Origin: a virus
Length of the DNA stretch: 64,000 nt
Strand: one strand, 5' to 3'
Virus record (IMG/VR): IMGVR_UViG_3300036985_009306
Coordinates: 128,144-192,143 of that record
Part shown: positions 1-9,119 of the stretch, one piece after another
Layout: each line of letters opens with the position of its first letter
Numbering within the stretch: the stretch's first letter is position 1
The notes under the pieces: generated by a model
Seen by the model: the letters and a program-made list of their open reading frames with translations, nothing else
Databases searched by the model: none
What the model was told of the DNA's origin: nothing
Made by a program: the position numbers and the translations under genes

Positions 1-1
1 T

Positions 2-2119
2 GTAAATTTCTTTGGCAAGGGCTCAGGAAGAGCTGATTTGTTGGACAGTTACATCAATGACGACATGTCAAAGATGTATCTTGAAACTATTTTCAGAATA
101 GATAATCAAAGATTCAAAACGGTTAGAACAAAGTTAAGATCATCAGGAACAGTTTTTGAGATTTTTCAGGATTCTACAAATAAAGAAATAGATAAAGCAA
201 CATGGAAGAAAACTGATAGATCTATTGAAGATATTCTTGGTTTAAGTGCAAAAACTTATAGTTCGACAATATATTTGAACGAAAGAGAATCACTTCAAGT
301 AATTACAGGAACTAGTTCTGAGAGAAAAGAAATATTAAGAGAATTGTTGAATATAGATATTTATGAAAAAGCATCTAAATCATGTAATAGAAAATTTGAC
401 GATTTTGATAAAAAGTTTTTTGTTAATCTTGAGTTGATAAAAACACGTCAACAACAAATAGAAAACGAATCTTGTCTTAAAGAAGATCTTGTTTCTATAG
501 AGTCCGAATTAAGAAAACTCAAACAGGGTTTAAAATTGTTGGAGAAAACATTAAAAGACAAAAATGAAGAAAAGAAGAAGATAGAGATTTTGATTGAGAC
601 TCAGAAAACTGTTAAAGATCAAATAGTTCAATCTCAGAAAGTGATAGATGAATTTGAAAAAGAAAAGAAAAACATACAAATAGATATTAATTCAATTAAA
701 GATGAAATAGAAAAACAAAAGAAATCTTATTCTGCATTTAAGTCTGATATTGAAGCAAAAATTAAAGAAATACCTGACTTAGAAAAACAAATTAATACAC
801 ATGAAATAATGTTAAAAGAGTTGGATAAAGTTGACAAAGAGTTCAAAGTAGTTACAGAAGAGATTAAACAAAAAGTTGACAAAAAAAGCAAATTAATAAC
901 TTCAGGTGATGTTGCAGTAGCTGAGGCAAAACCTATTAATCAACTTTTGTCTCGTTTAGATGAGTTTGGAAATGTTTGTCCAGTAACTGAGTTGGAATGT
1001 CCAGTTATAAAAGGCGATTATAAAGATGAATTAAAAAGAACAAAGACAGAAGAACTACAGAAGAATATTGAAAAAACAGACAAAATACAAGAACAACTGA
1101 AAGTAATTGCTAAAGAATTAAAAGAGCTGCGTCAAAAAGAAAATGATTTAGAGCAAAAATCAGAAACTAGACAGAATACGAATGAAGCTTTATTGAAGGT
1201 AAAACTTTCTCTTCAGACAATAGAAAGCAATAAGACAAAATTAGTTGAGAAAGAGAAAGAGTTTAAAGAGTATTTAGAACAATGTGAAAAAGATGTAGAG
1301 AAATTAAACAAACAAAAATTTGAAAATGAAGAAAAATTAAAAGAATTTAATAAAAACAAGAATGATTTAGAAATCAAACTTGATTCTAGTCTTGACAAAA
1401 AATTATCTATAGCTTCAAATGAAGTTTTGATTGTTGAGAAAGATATTTCAGAAGAACAATTAAAACTTAATTCTAAAAATCAAAAACTTGGAGAAGTCAA
1501 AAATTCATTAGAAACTATTGAGAAAATGAAAAAGGATATAGAAGTTTTTATAAAAAATAATGAAGAGCTCACAAAACAAAAAAAGATATATCAATCTCTT
1601 AGTACTATATTTGGAAAAGATGGAATACAAAAAGCAATTATAAAAGAATCAATTCCTATGTTGGAGAAGTATACTTCAGAGTTTTTGAAAATTTTTAATG
1701 ATGATTCTGAGAAAATAAAAATAAAATTTGATCTAGACCCTCGAACTCAAGATGGTGAATATAAAAAAGGTGGAGGACTTGATATTCTTGTTTTAGAAGA
1801 GGGTAAAGAACCAAAAGATTTGCAAATGTATTCAGGTGGAGAAACTGTAAGAATTGTTTTTAGCATTGTTCTATCATTAGCAAAGCTTTTATCATTGAGA
1901 GCAGGTAAGAAACATGAGTCATTGATTATAGATGAAAAAATTGCAAAGTTAGATTCAAGAGGAATAGAACAATTTGGAGAAGTGATTAGAGAGATTTCAA
2001 AAATATACAAACAGGTTTTCGTTATCACTCATATTGAAAGTTTGAAAAACATGATCAGTGGAAATGAGATTATCGTAAATAAAGTTGATAATGAGGGTAG
2101 TCTTGTCTCTGTTGTTTAA
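2..2119 (+). CDS. Rad50/SbcC-like SMC-family ATPase (recombination nuclease subunit), 5'-partial
   Basis: Frame is open from the window edge. Long coiled coil, central CPVTELECP zinc-hook-like motif, ABC signature YSGGE, Walker B LIIDE, H-loop VITH. Confidence 0.9.
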   Translation, partial: VNFFGKGSGRADLLDSYINDDMSKMYLETIFRIDNQRFKTVRTKLRSSGTVFEIFQDSTNKEIDKATWKKTDRSIEDILGLSAKTYSSTIYLNERESLQVITGTSSERKEILRELLNIDIYEKASKSCNRKFDDFDKKFFVNLELIKTRQQQIENESCLKEDLVSIESELRKLKQGLKLLEKTLKDKNEEKKKIEILIETQKTVKDQIVQSQKVIDEFEKEKKNIQIDINSIKDEIEKQKKSYSAFKSDIEAKIKEIPDLEKQINTHEIMLKELDKVDKEFKVVTEEIKQKVDKKSKLITSGDVAVAEAKPINQLLSRLDEFGNVCPVTELECPVIKGDYKDELKRTKTEELQKNIEKTDKIQEQLKVIAKELKELRQKENDLEQKSETRQNTNEALLKVKLSLQTIESNKTKLVEKEKEFKEYLEQCEKDVEKLNKQKFENEEKLKEFNKNKNDLEIKLDSSLDKKLSIASNEVLIVEKDISEEQLKLNSKNQKLGEVKNSLETIEKMKKDIEVFIKNNEELTKQKKIYQSLSTIFGKDGIQKAIIKESIPMLEKYTSEFLKIFNDDSEKIKIKFDLDPRTQDGEYKKGGGLDILVLEEGKEPKDLQMYSGGETVRIVFSIVLSLAKLLSLRAGKKHESLIIDEKIAKLDSRGIEQFGEVIREISKIYKQVFVITHIESLKNMISGNEIIVNKVDNEGSLVSVV

Positions 2120-2789
2120 TGAGGAGAAAGATAGCAAAAAAGTTTTTAAAAATAGAAAATTGAAAGGTGGCTTGATTTTGAAAGAGAGCAAAATAAAAAA
2201 TTATCAGAAGCTTTTAGAAGCTGTTGATGCTCTGAAAGATGATTTTTTGTTTCAGGTTCGAGTTGAGAATCGTAATACTCAGGAAGAAAGAGTTGGGATA
2301 TTTGTAGATATACAGAATGTGTATTATGGAGCAAAAGATAACTTCAAAGGCAAGATAGATTTTAAGAAATTAACAGAAAGTATGATAAAGGGTCGACACC
2401 TTGTAGTGTCAAATGCTTATTTAGTCAATAGTGATAATGATAATTCTAACTTTGTCAGCTTTATGAAGCAGATAGGTTACAATATTATTTCAAAAGATCT
2501 TAGAAAAAGAAGTGATGGAACTGCTAAAGGCAATTTAGATATTGAGATGGTTATTGACATAATCACTGAGAAAGACAGATTAGATACTGTGGTTCTTGTT
2601 TCTGGTGATGGTGATTTTGTAGCATTAGCAGAATATTTAAAGTTGCAGAATATTCAGGTAGAGGTTTACTCATTTTCAAATAAGAAAAATATTACTTCAC
2701 AAGATCTCAAAAATGTAGCTTCTAAATTTTTCGAAATTGATGAAAGTTATGTTTTCGAAGAATCAAAAAAAGGGAGGGAAAGATGTTAA
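2085..2789 (+). CDS. NYN domain (LabA/DUF88, PIN-like) ribonuclease
   Basis: Motifs IFVDIQNVYYG, KGNLDIEMVID, LVSGDGDF. True start is probably TTG at 2178, after AAAGGTGG. Confidence 0.85.
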   Translation: MIMRVVLSLLFNEEKDSKKVFKNRKLKGGLILKESKIKNYQKLLEAVDALKDDFLFQVRVENRNTQEERVGIFVDIQNVYYGAKDNFKGKIDFKKLTESMIKGRHLVVSNAYLVNSDNDNSNFVSFMKQIGYNIISKDLRKRSDGTAKGNLDIEMVIDIITEKDRLDTVVLVSGDGDFVALAEYLKLQNIQVEVYSFSNKKNITSQDLKNVASKFFEIDESYVFEESKKGRERC

Positions 2790-2825
2790 ATGAATTTTTG
2801 AAGTTTCAATGATAAAGATAGTAAA

Positions 2826-3011
2826 ATGATTAAACATTATGAAGAAACAAAAATTGTAAATACAGCACTTGCAGAAAAAGCAAAAAATGAAGGTTTTAGT
2901 TTCTTTGAACAAATTGGTGTTGCTGCTTTTTTAAAAGGCGAAAAACAAACTAAAAGACATATTATGACTATACATGAGAAAAAAGATTTTGTAGAAACTG
3001 ATTCTATGTAA
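2826..3011 (+). CDS. hypothetical protein
   Basis: Short ORF tiling between neighbours. Confidence 0.5.
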   Translation: MIKHYEETKIVNTALAEKAKNEGFSFFEQIGVAAFLKGEKQTKRHIMTIHEKKDFVETDSM

Positions 3012-3022
3012 CTGGATGTAAT

Positions 3023-3916
3023 ATGATAGAATTTGTTGATTTGATGCAAGCACGAAGTCTAGTTGTTTTAGAAGAAAAAATGGATGAATATTGGTATTCG
3101 GATAACTGGGTTATGGAACCAATTTATCAAGGAATCAGATACCAATGTCTAGTTGATGATTCAAGGGAATTGAAATTTTTAGGAAAGAAGAAAGATTGTA
3201 AAGAAAATTCAGTATATTTGTTGACAGAACTTATTGAAGAAATCAAAAGTTTTAATCTTCCTAAAAATTCATTATTTGAAGGATATCTTACATTTAACAA
3301 TGATCAACAAAAAGCTTATCAGTTTCTAAAAAGCAATACAATTGATGATTTATATAAAGATTTTGAGTTCTATTTCACTGATGTAATCTACTTGGAAAAT
3401 AAAGAACTTTTTTTATTGCCTTTATTCGACCGCAGATCTAGATTGACATCTTTAATACAAGACAAAAAACTTGTAAAGCTACAAAAGTCTTATACTTCAA
3501 ATAAAAAAGACAAATTTGAAGAACTAAGAGATAAAATTAAAGTGTTCTTGTTTAAGGAGTTAGAATCAACATATACTTTCAAACAAAGTATGTCTTGGAG
3601 GATTTTTAAACTTCCTAAGTCATTTTTTATGATAGTTACAGGGTTTATAGAGAATGATAATGAACAATATAAAGGCATGGTAATGGCTTTAGAAGGTAGT
3701 CAGTATAAGGATGGACAAATTACTAAAATTATGAATGTTCCTGTACATAGAAATGATAGCAGACATTTTCTTTATAATTCAAGAAAAGAAATTATTGGAA
3801 AAGTATTTGAGTTTCTAGCATTGGAAAAAACTAAGAAAGGGAAATTTCAAGAAACCAGATTTGTAGATATGAGAAATGATTTTAACCCTGAAGAATGTAT
3901 TTGGGAAGGAAATTAA
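3023..3916 (+). CDS. ATP-dependent DNA ligase-like protein with degenerate active site
   Basis: WVMEPIYQGIRYQ aligns to motif I (ExKxDGxR) but lacks K and D. Also FEGYL, FTDVIY...PLFDRRSRL, and an OB-like C-terminus. Confidence 0.65.
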   Translation: MIEFVDLMQARSLVVLEEKMDEYWYSDNWVMEPIYQGIRYQCLVDDSRELKFLGKKKDCKENSVYLLTELIEEIKSFNLPKNSLFEGYLTFNNDQQKAYQFLKSNTIDDLYKDFEFYFTDVIYLENKELFLLPLFDRRSRLTSLIQDKKLVKLQKSYTSNKKDKFEELRDKIKVFLFKELESTYTFKQSMSWRIFKLPKSFFMIVTGFIENDNEQYKGMVMALEGSQYKDGQITKIMNVPVHRNDSRHFLYNSRKEIIGKVFEFLALEKTKKGKFQETRFVDMRNDFNPEECIWEGN

Positions 3917-3917
3917 T

Positions 3918-4058
3918 ATGTTTCATAAAAAAGGCACACCTCAGCCTATTCATGTTGCATCTGGTAAGTGTGAGATTTGTGGCAGTCAACCTGCAACTAC
4001 TATGTGTGAAGGTAAAATGGTGTGTAGCTCATGTAAAGAAAATATCAATAAAAAATAA
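3918..4058 (+). CDS. small zinc-finger protein
   Basis: CEIC...C...CSSC; ATG at 3918 follows the ligase-like gene. Confidence 0.55.
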   Translation: MFHKKGTPQPIHVASGKCEICGSQPATTMCEGKMVCSSCKENINKK

Positions 4059-4066
4059 TTAATGTT

Positions 4067-4762
4067 ATGTCATCAGAACTGAATAAAACTAGTTTAATAA
4101 GACATTTTGATCCCACAGGTGATATAAGCAGCTTTAAACGTGAAGTCAGAATTGACCAGAATCTATTAGAAATGTTTTTTTCTAATAGTGATGGACTTTA
4201 TAATTCATCAGACATACAGATTGAACTTGAAAATGGTGAGAAAATTAATGAAATAAATTATATAATAGAGCATATGTTGCCAGAAATAGAGAAGCTTGTC
4301 ATACTTCTTTTATTTTTTTATAAGAAAAAACAAGAAGTAGTCGGTCGAATATTACGTGTTTCTCAAGAGATGGTTTGTTATTATAAGAAGCGTGCTCTAA
4401 AAAGAATAAATTTGCTCTGTTTTTTTAGAAATATAGATATAACAAAGATGGAGCTGTTTTTACAGCAACATGTTACCAAGAAACAAAAAGTTGCAATGAT
4501 AGAATATTTTAAAGATCATGATTTAAGAAGGATTGCAAAAAAAATTGGTAAGTCTGAAGGAAAAGTGAATCTATTGTACGAGTCAATAGGTTCTAGAATA
4601 AAGTTGGGTCTTAAAAGACTTGATTATTTAAAGAAGTCATCTAATCCTACCTTAGCTAGAGAAGCTTCTCTTTATCACAAAGTATTCTCTCTTCTTAAAA
4701 AATATAACTCGCTTTATCACACTCAATCGAAGAAAAAAGTTAATAGAGAAATTTCTGTATAG
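4067..4762 (+). CDS. sigma-70 region-4-like HTH protein (possible phage transcription factor)
   Basis: LPEIEKLVILLLFFYKKKQEVVGRILRVSQEMVCYYKKRALKRI resembles a sigma r4 HTH; a second HTH-like segment follows. Confidence 0.6.
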   Translation: MSSELNKTSLIRHFDPTGDISSFKREVRIDQNLLEMFFSNSDGLYNSSDIQIELENGEKINEINYIIEHMLPEIEKLVILLLFFYKKKQEVVGRILRVSQEMVCYYKKRALKRINLLCFFRNIDITKMELFLQQHVTKKQKVAMIEYFKDHDLRRIAKKIGKSEGKVNLLYESIGSRIKLGLKRLDYLKKSSNPTLAREASLYHKVFSLLKKYNSLYHTQSKKKVNREISV

Positions 4763-4902
4763 ATTTCTAATGTATATCTTTTATAAAGTTTTTATTATCT
4801 TCACTTAAGCTGTTAAGTTCTTTCTATGAAACAAGAAGACATCATTAAGATGTTATCACACATGCAGTCTTAATGTTATCACATTAAAATAAGAGGACAA
4901 TT

Positions 4903-5586
4903 ATGGACAAAAAAGTTGTTGCTGAAAGGACTAATGTCCTTACTGAAACTGAGAATAAAAGTTTTATACACGCTGTCATTAATGCTGTGACTAAAGGTTA
5001 TTCTGACAATACAGTTCTAGAAGATATTCTTGATCTAGTGAGAAGAAAAGAAGTAAGCAAAGGCGTTATTAAAGCTGCACCGGAGGCATTGAAGACTTAT
5101 GGAGAATCAATCAAGAATAGTTTGGATTTTCTATCAAGTCAAATTGATGAGTTAGAGATTATTGATGAGCCTACAGTTAAGAAAAGAGAGAAACCTAAAG
5201 AAGATGATCAACAAAATGTTGTTGAAGAAGAAATGAAAAAAGTAGAAGAACCTGCAGAGAAAACAGCTTCTTTTGATAAGTTTGCATGTTTAAAAGTTTC
5301 TGAAGACTGGGACAAATATTGTTATGATGAGAAAAAGAATTCAATGACAGGTATTTTGAAGTTGAATTTTGGACAAGATATGTCAAAGTTTATGGTTAAA
5401 GCAAAAGTTATTCTTGCAAAACAAGATATAGAAGATGTTCTTTCTAAGATTTATAGTTATTATGGTTCTGAGTACAAGAATTTAAAAGCTAATTTGTCAC
5501 CTAATATTTTTAAGACAGAGATTAAATTTAGTAATTTAGAAAAAGGTTTAGCTGAAGTTCTTTATGAAATCAATGGAGCTTTCTAA
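4903..5586 (+). CDS. hypothetical protein
   Basis: 227-aa ORF with GAGG RBS. Confidence 0.75.
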   Translation: MDKKVVAERTNVLTETENKSFIHAVINAVTKGYSDNTVLEDILDLVRRKEVSKGVIKAAPEALKTYGESIKNSLDFLSSQIDELEIIDEPTVKKREKPKEDDQQNVVEEEMKKVEEPAEKTASFDKFACLKVSEDWDKYCYDEKKNSMTGILKLNFGQDMSKFMVKAKVILAKQDIEDVLSKIYSYYGSEYKNLKANLSPNIFKTEIKFSNLEKGLAEVLYEINGAF

Positions 5587-5783
5587 TGTTGAGAAGTGAA
5601 GAATCAAATATTCTTGAAAAAGCTTTGGGTAACACTGAGATAAAAAAGAAAAGCTATTTTGAAAGAGTCAATTTTTCTTGTAAAAAGAAAGATCCATTTG
5701 AAAATAAAGCTGATGGTAATGTTTGGAAAGTTCAAGGAAATAAATTGTTGAGAAAGAAGACTAAAGAGGAAAACAATGGATAA
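5586..5783 (+). CDS. hypothetical protein (ESNILEKAL N-terminal motif)
   Basis: Translationally coupled (TAATG). Confidence 0.65.
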   Translation: MLRSEESNILEKALGNTEIKKKSYFERVNFSCKKKDPFENKADGNVWKVQGNKLLRKKTKEENNG

Positions 5784-6147
5784 AGTTTATGTTGTTTGGG
5801 ATTTAAAATCAAAGAAACCAATTGAAGAAAAGAAAAATCCTACACAACAAGATTTTAAGAAATACCAAGCTCAACAATATGTTTGGGTATTAAAAGATGA
5901 TATGTATGATGCTAGACTATCTAAACATAATTTGAAGGCAACAAAAGTAGGAAGAATAGCTCAAGAAATTCTATCTTCAAAAGGTAATTTAATGTTGATA
6001 GAGAATTCTGTAAATAAGATAGAAAAATCTATTAAAAGCGTTATTGATTGGGCTAAAGATATACAAGACAAAAAAATTTCAGAAAAAATAAATTCAAATG
6101 CTTTAAGTATCATTAAAGAAATAAAAGAAGTAAAAAAGGAATTTTAA
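5776..6147 (+). CDS. hypothetical protein
   Basis: ORF with GAGG RBS, tiling. Confidence 0.7.
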   Translation: MDKVYVVWDLKSKKPIEEKKNPTQQDFKKYQAQQYVWVLKDDMYDARLSKHNLKATKVGRIAQEILSSKGNLMLIENSVNKIEKSIKSVIDWAKDIQDKKISEKINSNALSIIKEIKEVKKEF

Positions 6148-6148
6148 A

Positions 6149-6472
6149 ATGAATACAAAGAATGTCCTAATGGAGATATTAGCTGCAATACCAGAAGAAG
6201 TTGAGAAAAAAGCACCTCCTCTTAAAGAAGAAATTCCAGAAAAAGTAGTAAAACAGCAACCAAAGACTTCTGTTGATCAAGAATCAATAGATGAAGCACT
6301 AGAAATTGCTACTTTTGTAAGAGACAAAGCCAATAGTTTGTTGTCAGAAGCAAATCAAGCAATCGAAAATCTATCTGGTGATAGCAAGGCAAGTGTATTA
6401 GAATCAAAAGACGATTTTCATAGTTTAGTTTTGCGACTAAAACAGATGAAAAGAAGATTAAACATAATCTAA
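6149..6472 (+). CDS. hypothetical protein
   Basis: ORF tiling. Confidence 0.7.
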   Translation: MNTKNVLMEILAAIPEEVEKKAPPLKEEIPEKVVKQQPKTSVDQESIDEALEIATFVRDKANSLLSEANQAIENLSGDSKASVLESKDDFHSLVLRLKQMKRRLNII

Positions 6473-6481
6473 GGAGAAATT

Positions 6482-6952
6482 ATGCTTAGAGATACACAAT
6501 CAAAGTTTTTAAATGATATAAGTATTTCAAAAAGAGGTATTGTAAAAGTTGCTTCTTCACAAGTTCCGAGAGGAAAAGAAGCAACAACTAAACATGAAGT
6601 CAAGAAAGTTTTAAAGACTTTTGAAAAAAGTCCTGATGTGACAAAGGATACATTAAATAAATATCAACAAAGAGTGGAATTAGATCCAAGTCCAAAAAAT
6701 GTTGCTAAAGATTTCTTTAATGATCTTGGTGAAGCAAGAAAACATAAAAAACAAATGCATTTAGTAACTGCTATGTCTTTGAGACAAGCAGGTATCTTTA
6801 AGATAGCAGGTAGAAATGTATATGAGGATTTAGAGACAGGTGATTTTTGGAAAATGTCTGAAGACAAGAAACATGTTTTACGTATGTTCAAAGAAAATAA
6901 TGGTATTGCTGTAAATTTAAAAGATAAAAAACATGTCGTCAATTGCCATTAA
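6482..6952 (+). CDS. hypothetical protein; last codons supplied by the IscB element left end
   Basis: AAGGAG RBS; C-terminal VNCH-stop lies inside GTCAATTGCCATTAA. Confidence 0.75.
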   Translation: MLRDTQSKFLNDISISKRGIVKVASSQVPRGKEATTKHEVKKVLKTFEKSPDVTKDTLNKYQQRVELDPSPKNVAKDFFNDLGEARKHKKQMHLVTAMSLRQAGIFKIAGRNVYEDLETGDFWKMSEDKKHVLRMFKENNGIAVNLKDKKHVVNCH

Positions 6953-7170
6953 TGGTCTAAGCCGTGAGGTTTAGTGCAAGAGTTGATTAGAGGGCATGAA
7001 AATGCAGAAGTTTAAAGCAGAGTTAAAGAACGTACCAAAGAGTGCTCCACAAGCTCTTTGCTCTACAAGTCCATCTTTAAACAAAGACCAAAGTCTTAGT
7101 GAGATGGACAAAGTACTGGCTTTAAACAACCTCGAAGTGGATCCACTCCAACATAGAGGAGGACAGAAAC
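6938..7170 (+). ncRNA. omegaRNA scaffold of IscB (boundaries approximate)
   Basis: TCAATT/AGTTGA 5' stem, CTAAGCC-GTGA-GGTTTAG hairpin, AAAGAG/CTCTTT pairing, all immediately upstream of the PLMP domain. Confidence 0.7.
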
Positions 7171-8366
7171 TCTCTGTCACTATCTATGTATTTAACATAC
7201 ATGGCCAACCTCTAATGCCATGTTCACCAAGAAAAGCTAGAGTTTTATTAAAGAGAGGAGAAGCAAAAGTCTTAAAAACAAATCCATTCTTTGTCATTCA
7301 ACTTACTAAAGAAACTAGTAATCATGTACAAGAGTGCTCTTTAGGAATAGACTCTGGTTACAAGCATATAGGTTTTTCTGTAGTTAGTGACAAGAAAGAA
7401 ATTGTTTGTGGTGAGTTAGAACTTGATCAAAAAACTTCTGAAAGATTAATTAAACGAACAGGATATCGTAGAAATAGAAGAAATAGATTGTGGTATAGAA
7501 AGCCAAGATTTAGTAATAGAAAAAAAGATAAAGGATGGTTGCCGCCTTCAACTTTAAGAAGATTCAACACTCATATCTCTCTTATCAACAAACTCAAATC
7601 TTATCTACCAATCAAAGATATCTCTATAGAAGTAGGAAATTTTGATATTCAGAAGATAGAGAATCCAGATATTAAGGGAATACAATATCAACAGGGAAGT
7701 TTGTATGAATATCAGAATATGAGAAGTTTTTTAATGGATAGAGAACATGGCAAGTGTCAACTATGTGGAAAAGAATTTAGCAAAGGAAATGACTCACACA
7801 TCCATCATATTATTCCCAGAGATGATGGAGGGACAGATAGAGAAAAGAATTTAGCTTTGTTGCATAAAAGTTGTCATAAAAAACTTCACAAACAAAAATT
7901 ATTTGATAAATTAAAAAAGAACAAGCAGTATAAAGATTCAATATTTATGAATATTATTAGATGGAGGTTTAGAGAAATATTTAGAGAATGTAGGTTAGTG
8001 TATGGGAATGAGACATTTGTAAAGAGAAATGAGTTAAGATTAGAGAAGAGACATTGTAATGATGCTTTTGTAATAGCAAGTGGTACAAATCAAATTAAGA
8101 CAAATCCTATGTTTTTAAAACAGAAACATAAAAATAATAGAGTTTTGCAAGTTAATAGAAAAGGTTTTAGACCTTCTATCAGAAGAAAAAGATATTCTAT
8201 TCAACCCTATGATATAGTATTTATAAATAACAAGAAATATATTGCAAAAGGGTGTCATTGTTATGGTAAAAGTATTATTTGTAATAATAGAATAAAAACT
8301 TTGGATTGTAGTATTAAAAAAGTTGAAAAAGTTTTCTATACAAATTCAATTTTTCAAAAAATATAA
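6996..8366 (+). CDS. iscB: RNA-guided endonuclease IscB
   Basis: PLMP (GQPLMPC), RuvC-I GIDSGYK, Arg-rich bridge helix RRNRRNR, WLPPS, RuvC-II SIEVGNFD, HNH HIHHIIP...NLALLHKSCH, RuvC-III HCNDA. Confidence 0.93.
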   Translation: MKMQKFKAELKNVPKSAPQALCSTSPSLNKDQSLSEMDKVLALNNLEVDPLQHRGGQKLSVTIYVFNIHGQPLMPCSPRKARVLLKRGEAKVLKTNPFFVIQLTKETSNHVQECSLGIDSGYKHIGFSVVSDKKEIVCGELELDQKTSERLIKRTGYRRNRRNRLWYRKPRFSNRKKDKGWLPPSTLRRFNTHISLINKLKSYLPIKDISIEVGNFDIQKIENPDIKGIQYQQGSLYEYQNMRSFLMDREHGKCQLCGKEFSKGNDSHIHHIIPRDDGGTDREKNLALLHKSCHKKLHKQKLFDKLKKNKQYKDSIFMNIIRWRFREIFRECRLVYGNETFVKRNELRLEKRHCNDAFVIASGTNQIKTNPMFLKQKHKNNRVLQVNRKGFRPSIRRKRYSIQPYDIVFINNKKYIAKGCHCYGKSIICNNRIKTLDCSIKKVEKVFYTNSIFQKI

Positions 8367-8384
8367 AAAGAAAGTTTTACTAAA

Positions 8385-8741
8385 ATGAAAAACAATAGAG
8401 AATCATCTGTTTTAGAAGGTGCTATTTCTGCTATGACTGAAGCAGAGATGGCTGACTTGATGAAAGAAGCTGAAGAAGAATCTCTTGAAATTTTTAGTAA
8501 AGTTTCATTAGACTCACAAAAATTTGATGTACCTAATTTTGAACTTGTCGGTGTGGCTAAAGGTAAAAATGACAGTTTTGTTGTTACATATGAAAATAAA
8601 AATAATAAAGTTCTTAAAGGAACTGTTGATTTTGATAAAGCAAGAGCAGTAGAAAAAGGTTATGAACCTGTCGATGTTAGTGAGAAAGATGATTTAGTTA
8701 TAGTGGTTTTTGAAAAAACAGATTGGCATTTAAAAAATTAG
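8385..8741 (+). CDS. hypothetical protein (RESSVLEGAI N-terminal motif)
   Basis: 118-aa ORF. Confidence 0.7.
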   Translation: MKNNRESSVLEGAISAMTEAEMADLMKEAEEESLEIFSKVSLDSQKFDVPNFELVGVAKGKNDSFVVTYENKNNKVLKGTVDFDKARAVEKGYEPVDVSEKDDLVIVVFEKTDWHLKN

Positions 8742-8754
8742 GAGAAGGAGACTT

Positions 8755-9066
8755 ATGAATTATCATAGAGAATCAACTGTATTAGAAGCAGCAATTGCTT
8801 CTTTAGAACCAGAAATACTAGTGGCTAAAATTACTACTGTTCGTCCGCCCCCAATAGAAAAAGGCATTGAAACACTTATTTTGGATCATCGAGATTTTTC
8901 TGAAAAATCTCTCAATGATTTTAAAAAAGCACTTAAGAGTTTTGGTCTACATCTCGGAAATGCTGATGAAGAATATGGTTCTCCAAGTTCGGATACTTTT
9001 GTTTTATATATAGCAAAAAACAAATTGACAAAGTCTGAATTAAAAGATTTACTTCAAATAGATTAA
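8755..9066 (+). CDS. hypothetical protein (RESTVLEAAI N-terminal motif)
   Basis: AAGGAG RBS. Confidence 0.7.
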   Translation: MNYHRESTVLEAAIASLEPEILVAKITTVRPPPIEKGIETLILDHRDFSEKSLNDFKKALKSFGLHLGNADEEYGSPSSDTFVLYIAKNKLTKSELKDLLQID

Positions 9067-9119
9067 ACAGCTTCAACAACTACCCTTGGAAATAAGGGGA
9101 GAAGCGAAAGGAAGAAATT

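Larger units (their letters stand above)
6938..8366 (+). mobile_element. IS200/IS605-superfamily IscB (OMEGA) element, non-autonomous (no tnpA)
   Basis: GTCAA-starting structured left end followed by an intact iscB ORF. The right end is not precisely defined. Confidence 0.8.

Noticed and set aside
6996-8366. Cas9 or CRISPR effector
   Set aside because: It has a PLMP domain, lacks a REC lobe, is about 450 aa and has no array; this is IscB.
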